A DNA stretch of 63,791 bases, filler included, from Choristocarpus tenellus KU-1152 (taxonomy: Eukaryota; Protista; Phaeophyceae), in assembly GCA_964200185.2 (NCBI GenBank). It is 9 parts of 9 records of this genome, joined end to end, with 100 filler letters (N's around TTAATTAATTAA, not from the genome) between each part and the next. Parts side by side here need not be neighbours in the genome. Positions count along the whole stretch, not along the records: positions 1 to 13,448 come from CAXNAD020001492.1; positions 13,549 to 20,060 come from CAXNAD020007972.1; 7 more parts are not named here. One strand, written 5' to 3'. A program made the position numbers and the translations under genes. Positions 1 to 18,921 of this stretch are shown here, one piece after another. Position 1 is the stretch's first letter. Each line of letters begins with the position of its first letter. The notes under the pieces were generated by a model. The model searched no databases, was not told the origin of the DNA, and saw only the letters and a program-made list of their open reading frames with translations.

Positions 1-1
1 C

Positions 2-6800
<6,799 letters not shown>

Positions 6801-9800
6801 CCACTCTGGTTGCATTTACCCTGTGCTCCACCTCTAAAGCCCCAACTAAGAAGACCACTTACCTACCTGGTACACCGACACGGAGAAAATCATCTGGAAG
6901 GACGTATTGCTACTGCATACAACATTTGATACAAGGCAAACAGGAAATGGACTTGTAATGTAGCTTTGTGCTTTGTGCCTGCAGAACCACATGTGTTCCC
7001 TCTCCCATTCATTGCCGCCCTTCTATCTGTCCCTTGTGTTGCGCCCAAGTGTGCTGCTGACATTGGTTGGTACCTTAGAGGGCAAAGGATTGGTGGAAGG
7101 GAGAGGGAGTGTGTGGAAGTGTCACCTGCTGAGAACAAGGGAAATGGAAAATCTCGCGGCCTCATCCTCTCGCCACTCTCACACTAGAGCCTTGCGCCTT
7201 GGATCTGTACTCTATTTCTTGGGATGTTGAGTGGTGCATCCCCCTATCTCTCTGCATTCTAAACAGGAGCATGGGCTGAGTGAGGTAGAGAGGGGCATGA
7301 TTGGGTTTGAAGTTGAGTGATCTGTCCCAATGTTTCATAAATGACATTTTTTAGTGGTTGTGGTAACTGGTGGTGCTAGGTTCGTTGCCCGCCCATGATG
7401 CTAGTTGTTGTATGTGGTGTGCTACTGGCAGTGTCTTGCCTGAGTGGCAGAAGCAACAGGGGTAGGAAAGGACCTTGTGCTACAGGACAACTTTTTTGTA
7501 TGGTGTGTGGTATCGTCTGCTCGCTACGCCTTTTCATGTGCTGCTACCATTTTTACATACCATAGTGACTGTTGGACACTTTCTTCGCCTTCTCCTTTGT
7601 ATTCTTCACATCAAAGAGTATTATCCTACGTACGTATTACTTTGATAAAACCATGTAAGAGTGGGTCGATTTTGGCACTTTTGAGTACAAGGCATTTAGA
7701 ACCTTGTGCAATATATACTGAACCCTTACCTGATCTGCAGTTAACCCCCCTTAAGAGTGTGTGGTTTTATTAGCTGTGAACATATTGTTAGTCGAAAGTG
7801 CCCTTCATAGTGTTCAAAACACATGTACCTCAAGGCAGTGACAAGGGCCTGTAAAACTCAAGGATCCCCTTTTAGATGGCATATCCTTCTTACAGTGTAT
7901 CATATCTCAACGGTATAGCAGTAAGGTAGTACATTATTCTGCCGGCGTCTTGGAATTTTGTTCTTACAGATATAGAAGGAGAGTACGTGTGTGAGTCATC
8001 CTATCTGGAGGGGGATTATTTCGCCCCTTTTGAATATTTCGGGTTTTTAAACGTTCCACCCGACACCCCATTCGTATGCTGAAAATGCAAGCCAATCCCC
8101 CTAGGAAGCTAAAAGTGCAGAAGAAGAGACCCTCTGAATGGAGGTATTGTGATGGATTGGAGGATGGAGGGATGTGAAGGATGCTCAGCAGTGTAGAGTA
8201 CATGGTCATGGATGTTGATTAGGAAGGTAAGGAGAATAGATGGCAGATGATGCCGATGTGGTAATAATACGGGAGAAGCAGAAGGATTATGTATCATCGA
8301 CATGTTGTACTCACATACATTTAATTATCTCTCGAGCAGAAAGGCGGACTTCTTAATTAAGCAAAGTGCACAAAAAATGGTGTACAAATAGATCTGCGCA
8401 ACCCGCAGACATCATCGTATCACTGTATACAACAACGGGACATCCACAACAAGAAATGAATTAGTAGTACCATTTCTGTCAATTCGAACGGTACGTACAA
8501 AAAACGTACTATTATTACGCGTTTTGTAGGATTCCAAACAAGGGATGTACCTACGAACACGAAAAAAAAAGTATGAAACACAGGAAACGACCTCTCCTTA
8601 TAAGTATAGCATTCCGCAACCATCATCTCCAATTTCCTCCACAAATGACAAGAATATAGTTACTGAGAGGAAACGATGACAATAGTAACATCGAGGCTGT
8701 CATTTCTTGCTCATAATCGCAATCAACGTGTGTCCACTGCAGCTGACTACGCAATATCATCCAATTCATTGGCAGCATCGAGTCATCAACAGACAAAGGG
8801 AACAGAGGCTGAGTCTGCAGATACTTTAACACACACCAACCCACCATGTATGTGGATAGCCATAATAATTTCACCTCGTGTATTCAAACATTCAGCTTCA
8901 AGCCATTCCCAGTCAGTACACATCAAGTCCAACGTGGAGTACGTTAAAACCAATTTGCATTCGCAATTAATACATCTCACTACCGACCGCAGAATTTTAT
9001 CATACCTCATCCCCTCACTCAATACACGTTGCTCCTATAACAACGGAAGACCACCCCACCTATTTGTTATGGTTCAACTCCAGTATAGTACCAGGGGATT
9101 GAGGCAAGGTCTGGGAAGTAGAGGAGTTTTGTTTTGTATTCTTTTTTGTTTTACCTTCCTCCTATTATGAGAAATGCAGTCACTCGCATTTGTGACCTGC
9201 CCATTTCTAGTTTTATTTTCAACTTCATCAGTAACAATGAGGAGAATGTGATACAACACAACAAATAATACCACTGCTAATTCTGCGACTGACTAGAAAA
9301 ACGACAAGAACGAGCATGGTCGTCATGACGACAAGAACAGCGTGTACCATGTTGTAGTAGTGATGTACGTATATTATTTGAAAAAAAGGTCATGGTATGC
9401 TGCTTTGCTTGCGGCGTGAGTTGGGTCTAACTGGTTTCCATATATAATAATGCTACGGACAAATATAATATACTGGAGCATATATATACTATTTATAATA
9501 CTACCACTACTAGAATAATGAGAAGAACGAACATGGTGGTGATGATAATAATAACATACTTTGTTGTAGTAGTGAAGCACACTTGAAACAAATGCTACGG
9601 CATACCATTGCTACTTGCGGTGTTAGTTTCATCTACCTGGTTTTCATGTGTAACATGAAACTGGAAATATATGCAAATTTAAGGCATACATGCATACATG
9701 TATTGTGTATGAAGAAGAAATGGGTACAGCGTTGCTATTATTGTTGTTGTGGTGGTTATGAGATATTAGGCAGCAGGTCTAGCACCAACAGCGACTGATA

Positions 9801-10270
9801 TGCTTTCCTGTAGATTTTGAATGCATGTAGGAGGAATAGCGTGTACATATATGACCTTATAATCAATACGATCATTTTCACAATGCACACAGAGATAAAA
9901 CGCGATGAAAGTTTGTAAATAGGCCCCTTTAGGAAGGGCTCGACCCCTAAGGGGTTGTGCGTCTAACAGCAAAGGGACAGGGGAGAGGAGAGAGTGTGGT
10001 GTGACTCCTGTGTCTTTGCACACGAGGGAGCTTACGTTCAAGTCAAGGTGTTGAGTTGAAATCTGACCTACACACATACAAATTCAAGGGGTTCCACACA
10101 GGGAAGATCAGTACAACGTCCCTATACCCCCCGTGGTCGCAGTAGGTACCTGTGTAGCAGTACAAAGCGCTATGTAGTGCTACGAACCACGACATAATTC
10201 TGCAAAACACCATTATAGGAGTGCTGCTATAGGCAGAGATTAATATATATGAAAATGGCAGAACGTACTT

Positions 10271-10795
10271 GAGTCAAAGTATCTTAGAGGGTAGAGCCAA
10301 AGTATCTTAGAGGGCAGGGCTGCGTCCATTTCAAGGCCAAAATGCAATGTTTCGATTTTGATGTAATTTTGACTATCGTGTTTGTTAGGAAGTGTCAATA
10401 TCCATGTTCCAGACACATCTTTTCATAACGCATACATTTTACCCACTCCTAAACATTTTGGAGTAGGAAAAGGTCATAATAAAACTCCATGATGGGAAGC
10501 CAAACCCAAAATGTACAAACAGGGCAAAACTCGTACCCTCTAAGATACTTTCACTCGGTAGAGCCGCGTCCGTTTGGCGACCAAATCCAATGTTGCGATG
10601 TTGATGTAATTTTGGCTATCGTGTGTGTTACGAAGTGTCAATATCTTTGTTCCAGACAAATCTTTTCGTAATGTAAACATTTTACCTACTCCGAAACATT
10701 TCCTAGTAGGAAAAATGTCACAAGGAACTCGTGGGAAGTCAAGCCCCAAATGAACAAATAGGGCAAAACTCATGCCCTCTAAGATGCTTTCACCC
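10271..10795. mobile_element. MITE family A outer copy (TSD ACTT) carrying a nested family A copy
   Basis: ACTT at 10267-10270 and 10796-10799. The outer sequence resumes at 10561 after the inner copy. Confidence 0.92.
10294..10556. mobile_element. MITE family A inner copy (TSD GGTA)
   Basis: GGTA|GAGCCAAAGTATCTTAGAGGG...CCCTCTAAGATACTTTCACTC|GGTA. Confidence 0.92.
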
Positions 10796-11149
10796 ACTTG
10801 GAAGATACTCTATATAGAAGTAGAACATTTCAGATATACTCCAGGAATTCTTTTTCCCACCATCATGTGCACCAAAACGTTTGAAGAGTTACCCACCTTT
10901 TTTTCCAATCAAGGAGAAGCAAATGGCAGCAGTAAATTCAGGAAAGGTAGGAAGGACAGGATGTAGGGCAACTGGGTCATGCCTAATTGACTTAGAGTGG
11001 TTTGGAGTATGATGTCAGCAAGGTCAGGTATACAATACTACGAGAGTTTGTCAATTTGAGGTAAAACACATTTAGCTGCGCCTGAAAAGGTACTAGCTAA
11101 AAGTAGTACTTAGAGGTACTTTGAAGTATTCTTTACACAGGAGTTGAAG

Positions 11150-11575
11150 TCGGTTGCTCCACCCACGATCACGGGTTGGTTTATGGACCAATGGTTTGTC
11201 AGTCAACTCCGCTGCCAGGCTCAAAGGAGTTTGCTTGTCCTTGTTCCCTGAATGGAATGCTCCCAGAGAGATCTCCTACAGGAAGACTTTCTCGACACCG
11301 CTTCTGTCCACAGTGCACCGAACCTCCACCATTGCCACGTGGAGCTCCTGTAGGCTGTGCTTGCGATACCCTTCCTGCTATTATCATAGACCGTACGCAC
11401 TGAGTCTCTTCAGCAGTAAAATGCGTATTTCAGGAGGAAGACATAATGCTCATCGGTGTGAATATCGTGCGGGTGCATGCTCTCAACATGCAAACCCATA
11501 CAATACTTCCAGATGAATATTTTTTGCAGATCGGCACAAGTGACACTCCTTGGGAATGTTCGTGCATGAGCCACC
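11150..11575 (+). pseudogene. Possible degenerate zinc-knuckle/RLE end of a non-LTR retrotransposon
   Basis: Across frameshifts: CACDT..IDRTH, GGRHNAHR..RAG and LPD, in the order of the CCHC, RHN and PD motifs of RLE elements. Weak match. Confidence 0.3.
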
Positions 11576-11595
11576 CTCTGTATTTTTTTTTGTCT

Positions 11596-12047
11596 GATTA
11601 AAATTATCTTAGAGGGTATGAGTTTTGCCCTGTTTGTCCGTTTGGGGCTTTCCTTCCCACGGATTTACTATGAGATTTTCCTATTCCGAAATGTGTAGGA
11701 GCAGATAAAATGTGTACGTTATGAAAAGGTGTGTCCAAAACAAGGATATTGACACATCTAACAGCCGATTTCAAATATTGAGGATGGAGCTTTTCGTTGA
11801 GGATGGCATTTAAAAAAAAATAATAATATCGACACTTTATCCCAGTCAATTTTGGGTCAAGCCCATCCTCAACGAAAAGCTCCATCCTCAATATTTGAAA
11901 TCGGCTGTTATCTGCAAAATGTCAGAGGGCAAAATAATAAAATATTGACACTTCTTAACAAACACGATAGCCGAAATTACATCAAAATCGGAACATTGGA
12001 TTTTGACCCGAACGGACGCGACTCTACACTCTAAGTTACTTTGACTC
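11596..12047. mobile_element. MITE family A copy interrupted by a family D fragment and a foldback element
   Basis: Both TIRs present; flanks GTCT/GTCG. The insert at 11756-11940 is bracketed by a repeated ATATTGACAC. Confidence 0.85.
11760..11909. mobile_element. Foldback MITE with AACAG ends, perfect 47-bp TIR, TSD ATCT
   Basis: AACAGCCGATTTCAAATATTGAGGATGGAGCTTTTCGTTGAGGATGG and its exact reverse complement; ATCT on both sides. Confidence 0.9.
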
Positions 12048-12309
12048 GTCGCTTTGAAAATAATAAGGTGTGAAGCCTCACACGATTCCCTTTGCTGAAC
12101 ATGGAAAAAATGGATGGATGGAATTAGAACAGTGACCTTTGTGGGGTATCTTCTTATTGCTTGTTTTATTATTATTTTGTGCTTCCTACATAAGTCAACG
12201 GTTATATCAAAGTAGTTGAATGCAGAATAAAAACCCATACATAACCCCCTTCATAATCCGGATGTACTATCTCATTAGTTACATCACATGGGCACATGGA
12301 TAATCTCTC

Positions 12310-12745
12310 ATATTATCCTATTTTGCACATAATCAACATAATGATGTAAGCTTGATGTTAAGAGGCTGCAACCAAACTGCACTTGTTGACTCTCACAAAT
12401 CTGGGAAGGAGTCTGCTTAAGGATATGTTGCCCCACTTGTCCTCTAATCTTCTTCAAGGCATGCGACAAAACTTACAAAGTACATTCTTGACTGTTGCTG
12501 TCTTAGAGGTCCCACGCACAACACCACCAGTGCCTACAGGAGCACAAACCAGACTAGGGTGATCAGGCAGACATTCAGTCCCTGGAAAAATGAACTGCCG
12601 GTAATGCTTGTGAGGAGGAGGAAATTCTCTCTCGGTCCCCAAGATTATTCACTATCTGCTGCAGTTGCTCCAGATCGAATACGAAGCCGCTGCGATCCTC
12701 AGTCAGATTAGGGTCCAATGGGGTAGCACCTGCTAGTCGGGATCA
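12310..12745 (-). pseudogene. Possible N-terminal relic of a Sola2/Mutator-like transposase
   Basis: Frame reads RSGFVFDLEQLQQIVNNLG...APVGTGGVV...VLCKFC, then a shifted frame reads QVQFGCSLLTSSLHHYVDY. Resembles the N-terminal Zn-binding region of such transposases; no catalytic DDD/E region seen. Confidence 0.3.
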
Positions 12746-13309
12746 GAAAGGTTGACTGTGCACTTCACCGTTCCATACTCAACACTGTCCTTATCATCGC
12801 TGTCTGAAATGTGCCTGTATCCCCAGCAGGATCAGGTGACCCTTCATCATTGTTGTCTCCACCAGTATCTGTATCCCCAGCAGGAGCATGTGTGTGAACC
12901 ATCATGGGCTACTCCATGTCCCCAACTCCCCTCAAGCAGCCTGGGATCAGATCTTGCCCCACGATGAGTTCTATGCTGTATTGCCTCAGGTCCCAGACAG
13001 CACAGTAGGTAAGTGAACCTGGAGGAACCAGCATATTGGACATCCCACACAAGTCCAAGTGGGGCTACCCTACGAACAAAACACACCGAGTTATATCACT
13101 TGCATGCTGCAGCTTAGAAGAAAAATGACACCATTAAATCAGCCTTCACTTTTCAACATGGAACTTTGGTGAAGATCGAGACATGAAGAGTACGAGTTGC
13201 CATCAACCACCACCTAACGATTGCACCCTTTGTGACTACCACTCTTAGTCGCAAACAGCATCACCTGGGGCCAGAGTCCTCCAAGTAACTGCATTCACTG
13301 CCTGAAAGT

Positions 13310-13448
13310 GGCTCAAAGTATCTGGGGAGGTGTCCATTCGGACCCTGGCCAGGAGAAGTGCACTTACATTATCCATCCGACGCATGCAACCAAATCGCCC
13401 AAAAATGGCGACATGGAAAAATGGCTCCAAATGGACAGCCCCCACCCC
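13310..13448. mobile_element. MITE family B (ends GG(G/C)TCAAAGTATCTGGGG), truncated by contig end
   Basis: Same terminus at 20161-20185, 23973-23991, 27969-28040, 31738-31824, 33934-34110, 53404-53424 and 54590-54612. The internal sequence matches 61245-61390. Confidence 0.8.
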
Positions 13449-13548
13449 NNNNNNNNNNNNNNNNNNNNNNNNNNNNNNNNNNNNNNNNNNNNTTAATTAA
13501 TTAANNNNNNNNNNNNNNNNNNNNNNNNNNNNNNNNNNNNNNNNNNNN
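13449..13548. other. Artificial contig linker
   Basis: N44-TTAATTAATTAA-N44, stops in all six frames; repeated identically 8 times. Confidence 0.98.
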
Positions 13549-13806
13549 GTCGGGATATATTTTTGTTCAAATATTACGGTACTTTTTGTAGAGGGCATCG
13601 CTACGATTTGGAAGCGATATTTGAACAAAAATATATCCCGACCCTTAAAAAGTGTGGAAACATTTCCAAAAAAAGGACATATCCCAGGTCCTTCCAAGTG
13701 CAAAAACAGTTGCAAAAAAAAAACTTTCGGTACTTTTCCAAGACCGTTTTCGCAGAACAACCATCCTCATAGCCCCGCTCCATCCTCAATTTTTAAATCC
13801 ACTGTT
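13549..13806. mobile_element. Foldback element (AACAG family), left arm truncated, inserted in a family C MITE
   Basis: Central inverted repeat GTCGGGATATATTTTTGTTCAAATAT (13549-13574 vs 13617-13642). Right end CCATCCTCAATTTTTAAATCCACTGTT, followed by a family C right end (GGTTTGACTC, ~13881). Confidence 0.75.
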
Positions 13807-14272
13807 CATTGTACAATATGACATATTTTTGCGATCCTTCAAATGCAACCCTACACACCTGCCTCCCACTTGGTTTGACTCCTTCCAAACTATGACTTCA
13901 CAGGTCATTAAACCAGCGATCACCCGTACAAGTTGACTTAATTTGTCAATTTCATCATGCATGCCAAGGAAAATCAAAGTTTGCAACTATAAACTATGAG
14001 GATTTGTATAATCAGAACTCCACACTAGTATATCTATTCCTAGATACCACCCTACCATGAACCGTAATGTTCCCTGTATACCAACCCTAGCATTGTGCTC
14101 TGTCCTCAAGTAACGTTAATTGTGGATCACACCAGATATCCCCCTACAATATGTCCAACTTTGTCAATTTCATCCAATAACAATGAAAACACCAAAAAAT
14201 CAAAATTTTCACAGCCACATGAATGTGACTGCAACGGCAATAAACGGCTCTTATTTTCAGACCAAGTCGCTC

Positions 14273-14816
14273 TGTTACAGCGTGCCCCTCAGAACTCACC
14301 TCTACAGGATATGCAACTCAAATCCAACGACTTTAAGATGATGCTATGGGAACGTTGCCCTTGATATCAGTTTGTAGGGAGTCAGGTATCCTTCTCTCTT
14401 GATATTCCACTCAGTGCTTAGCTCAAAGCTCGACTCAAAGTTTCGTTCTAGATAAAGAAAGGACTGGTAGGTAAGAGGGGTCAAGGTGTTTCACCAAAAG
14501 CCCTCTTATTATTTCCATCATCCACCCAATTTCTTTGGTCTTCTATGCAACTGCTCTACACGTACTCCAATCATAAACCTTTATTCTGCAACTTCTTAGG
14601 AACTTTGACGTTTTCTTCTGTAATGCTAAATCTTACTCAGTATCTTCTATGAAATCATTATTCTCTAAGGCTACCTATGTGATACTAATATTGTATATTG
14701 TTCGCACTTGTTCTTGTTAGAACGCGAGAAAAAATCCTCGCACTGTACGTCTGTCACAAATGTTCGTGTTTGCTATAAAACATGGGGAGAAATGCTCACG
14801 CTATTCGCCTGTAACA
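14273..14816. mobile_element. Solo LTR (544 bp)
   Basis: TGTTACAG...CTGTAACA inverted termini, flanks GCTC/GTTC; shares the CTATTCGCCTGTAACA end with 18511-18921. Confidence 0.75.
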
Positions 14817-16978
14817 GTTCATGTCGGGGCTACCGTGACGTAGCCGTGCGTTCGACCCACACCACATCACCTTCAATGACAAAAGGGGTCGCGTGTGAAA
14901 AAAAGCGTGTGGTGTCTCGCATCGATCTCTTGAATGAGTGTAAGTTTTTCGTTTGTGTCGTTGTCAAAATAGGGATGGCTAGTACTCCACACTATATACT
15001 AGTAATAGATACTGAAGTAGTACTTCGAAATAGTTACAAGTAGTATTCTCATGATGTTATAGCATGCATCTTGACGTGAATACTTCAGTAGAGTAGTAAT
15101 TAACAAGAGGGGAAGGTTACGAAGTAATCTGCGTTTTATGAGAGTGAGATTTTGGAAGGAGGAACGTACACGGGAAGAAGAGTTGCGGAAAGGATGTTAA
15201 AACATAGGCTACTAATTCAATTTGTTCTTGATACGATACAGTATCAGCAGTTCAGACTGACTGCTGATTTGTCCATTGATACTAGTTGTTACTCCTACTT
15301 ACATCACTAACTTACCCTCACAACATCATCAATTAATGTTAGAACATGACAGTAAATAGGAAGCATAAGAACTATCGCAACCTATCAAACATACAGACAC
15401 AATACGTGTCATACGAGTTCTATCAGATATTGATTCAAGTTTGTCTCCTTGTTTCCCTTTTTTTCTTCTTCTCACCAGAAGTCTGTTATCATGTGTTTAT
15501 TCTTTTTTCTTGGTTGGCATTGCCCCCTCATAAGACATCAAGCTCACTCTGCATTAAGTGTACCTGATACACACCTGGATGCAATATATTCAGAGTTTAA
15601 ACATCCTCAGAAACCCTTTTCTTTCAAGCTGATAAGGCCTCCACTCAACGCATGCATTTCTTCCTTTGAGTGTCCCTAGGAATAAGCCTCGATCCCACAT
15701 CATCCATCTTCTTCTGCCTGAGCACATCATGTCATCAGGTTCATCAGAACAAATTCACCGGTGCTTTACTGCACTATGATACCCCTTCGTTCCAAATCAT
15801 TGTACGAGAACGCGCGATTCTTTCGAATTCAGGTTTCAACTAAAGGATAGAATAAAATAATTGGAGAGTAGGCGAAAACTTAAACTGGACGGCTTGTAGC
15901 CAGATGAAGTGTTTGGGAAGTTTTAAAGGAAATTAGTGGTAGATGGAGACACGAGGTAGGAAGGACCGAGACAGAGTGAAGGGTTAACATCGAGGGTGGA
16001 GGAAAATCACGGCAACCCCTGAGCAATCTTTCCAGTAGAACGGCAGAAGAAAGAAGTCGGGAGACATTGAACCATTCCTCGATGTGAGAGGTCATAATGG
16101 GAAGACCAAGAGAAAAGGTGGAGAAAGGGAGGAAAGGAGAGGTGCGGGAGGTGAAGAAATGTAGGGATCCAGGGAAGAGAATGACCAACAAACAGAAGTG
16201 TTAGTCAGTAAAATATGGGAGGAGATAGAGCAAGCTAGAAGAAACATGGCAGACAACAACAACGGTAAGGGAAGAGAAACGGGAGATGGGGAAGCAGATA
16301 TGGAAGAAGAGTGAGGAGAATATAAGTGACATACAAGATATCCAGCGAAACCTCTTTAAGAATGTAGCTGAACTATCAAAAGAAATTAATCAGCTCGTGG
16401 CGATGTTTGGAGGTGCAAACAGGAACGCCGCCGCCCCTCTTTTATGACATGAGCCCATTGTACGGATGGGGAGGGAGGTTTCCAAGTGAAGGGAGAGGGA
16501 TGGGAGAATTCCCATCTATAGCGGAAAGGATGAAGAAGAAGACAACGATGCACGCGCGGAGAAGAATCAACACTAGGATATAATACGTGCTGGTGGGGAA
16601 CGTCTCTCCATTTTTCCAGAGAGGGGACGCGTCCTCAACACGAGAAGAAGTGCAGTGCATTCTCAACAAGACAGTTGATGTCACAGAGACAGTGGCAGAG
16701 CAATTGAACCACTTGAAGGTCTTCAATATAAAAGAGTTTATCCCCAAAGGAGAAATGGGAAGGTCCACGAACAAGGCGGATTGTGACATGCCGGACAAAT
16801 TTGTTTTGTGACAGCAATGACAAAACTATTCCGCTAGGGGGGAGGCATGGAAGACGGGACGGAGGCGGACAACCGAGGTTATAGAAGAACTGGAGGAGGC
16901 GAGGAGCAAGGTATGAACATTGTACGGTTCTACCAAGCCGGGGTTGATTTGGCCATCCAATAATTGTACACCTCATAT

Positions 16979-17235
16979 GAGTGAAAATATCTTAGAGGGC
17001 ACGTCTTTTGCCCTGTTTCTCCGTTTGGTGCTTGGCTTCCCACATTTGTTTTATGACATTTCCTACTCCGAAATGTATCGGAGTAGGTAAAATGTGTACG
17101 TTATGAAAAGTTGTGTCCGGAACAAGGATATTGACACTTCCTAACAATCACGATAGTCAAAATTAGATCAAAATCGCAACAGTGGATTTTGGACCCCAAA
17201 CAGACGTGTCTCTACACTCTAAGATACTTTGGTTC
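16979..17235. mobile_element. MITE family A copy
   Basis: Both TIRs present (right one degenerate, CTTTGGTTC); 3-bp TAT flanks. Confidence 0.88.
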
Positions 17236-18199
17236 TATATCAAAGCTGTGGGGGAAGACCTAGACATGTGGTTCAAAGGACAATCGTGGGCAGCAGATAT
17301 ATTAGGCCACAGATATGCCGCGCCCCTGGCCCCAGATATGTGACTCCCCTTCCCTTTGCAGCCACGGGTCGTTGAACAACTACCTGCAGGAAAGGCTCGC
17401 TGCCACAAATTGCTAGTGGGATACATGGTGAACACACTTATTAATTATCAGTTAGGCTTCTGTCTTAGCCATCAATTTCCTGACGTATGGTCAAAGGCTG
17501 ACTCATCATACCGCTATATACTTTTCTACTCTGTGTTGTACGGAAAGACAAACGTACGTGAAACTGTCATACTGTGTTATATGCATATATCAGCACACAC
17601 ACACGTGAGCGTAACACTAGTTATTGTGATATCCTCCCCTTGCCGAGCAATAAGAATAAACTCACCAACAAGAAAATGAATATTACACACATGCTATCCC
17701 TGACAAATTCTTAGTCAACACATCTGCCCTCTGGTTTCAGTACCAATATAAAACACGAATCTCTCCTTTTCTAGCTAAGTCCTCAGAAAATGGTGCTGGA
17801 CATCAATGTGCTTTGTTCTAGTACTAGTGGCAGTTCGTACTAGTTTGCATGCAACATCGTTGTCCTTGAACATGTCAATACACTGTCTAGGGAGTTGTGA
17901 CTGAATAAACTCCTAAACACTTCGCTAGAAAAGCAATTCCTGTGCCACACTGCTAAGAGCTATATATTGACTCTCCGTTGAGAACAGAGCTACAACCCTT
18001 TGGACCTTTGACATCCAAAATATTTCTCCTCTGGCAATTATTATTATGGCTCCTCCAGTCACTGATCTACGATCATGACAATCTCCAGCATAGCTAGCAT
18101 CAGCATATGGACTTAACTCACTCTCAGTATCAAAACCACCTAAAATCAATGTATCACTTGGACACGTAACTAAAATATGCTAAAATACACTTAACAGCA

Positions 18200-18481
18200 G
18201 ATCCAAAGTATTTCAGAGGGAGGTGTTTACCCCTGTTTTCCCGTTCAGGGCTTGGCTTCCCACGGGTTTTTAATGCCCTTTTGTCGGTTTTCTGTGAACA
18301 CAGTTTACCTAATCCGAAATACTATGGAGTAGGTAAAATGTACACGACTACGAAAGGTGTGTCCGGAGCAAGGATATTGACACTTGCTAACAAACACGAT
18401 AGCCAAAATTACATCAAAATCGCAGCATTGGATTTATGACCCTGAACGGACGCTGTCCTATCCTCTGAAATGCTTTGGATC
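18200..18481. mobile_element. MITE family A variant with GATCC ends, TSD AGCA
   Basis: AGCA|GATCCAAAGTATTTCAGAGG...CCTCTGAAATGCTTTGGATC|AGCA; internal sequence homologous to family A. Confidence 0.88.
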
Positions 18482-18510
18482 AGCACGCCAATGTGTAACT
18501 TTGGGACCGC

Positions 18511-18921
18511 TGTTACAGCATGCTCCAAAGCTTACCTCCACGAGATGTATGGCTCCGATGATAGGCTTGTAGATGATGCTGATGCTTGTGCAGGACTCCT
18601 GGGATACTCCAATAGTCAAAAGGTCCAATGAGGATGAATATCAGGTCAGCAGATGAAGGTATACTTCTGAGTCAATGAGAACATGTATGGAAGAAACATC
18701 AGAAATATGAGAGGTGTGTATCTCTTCATTCGCCATTTATTTAATCCGGTTTACAGACACTATTATACATCTGAAAACCGTTGTATAAATTCTCAAGTTA
18801 CAAATCTTACTCTGCAACTCTTAGCAAATCGGAGTTCCCTTTTTTGAGGTTCCACACGCGCGTACACTGCTCGCGCTAGTTAAAGCCCGAGAAGAAATAC
18901 TTGCTCTATTCGCCTGTAACA
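18511..18921. mobile_element. Solo LTR (411 bp) inserted in the copia RT
   Basis: TGTTACAG...CTGTAACA with flanks CCGC/CTGT. Removing it plus 4 nt restores the host frame AKYSNSPKVTHWRAVK. Confidence 0.8.

Noticed and set aside
13493-13504. TTAATTAATTAA as a biological motif or TSD
   Set aside because: It is always centred in exactly 44+44 Ns, so it is an artificial six-frame-stop linker.
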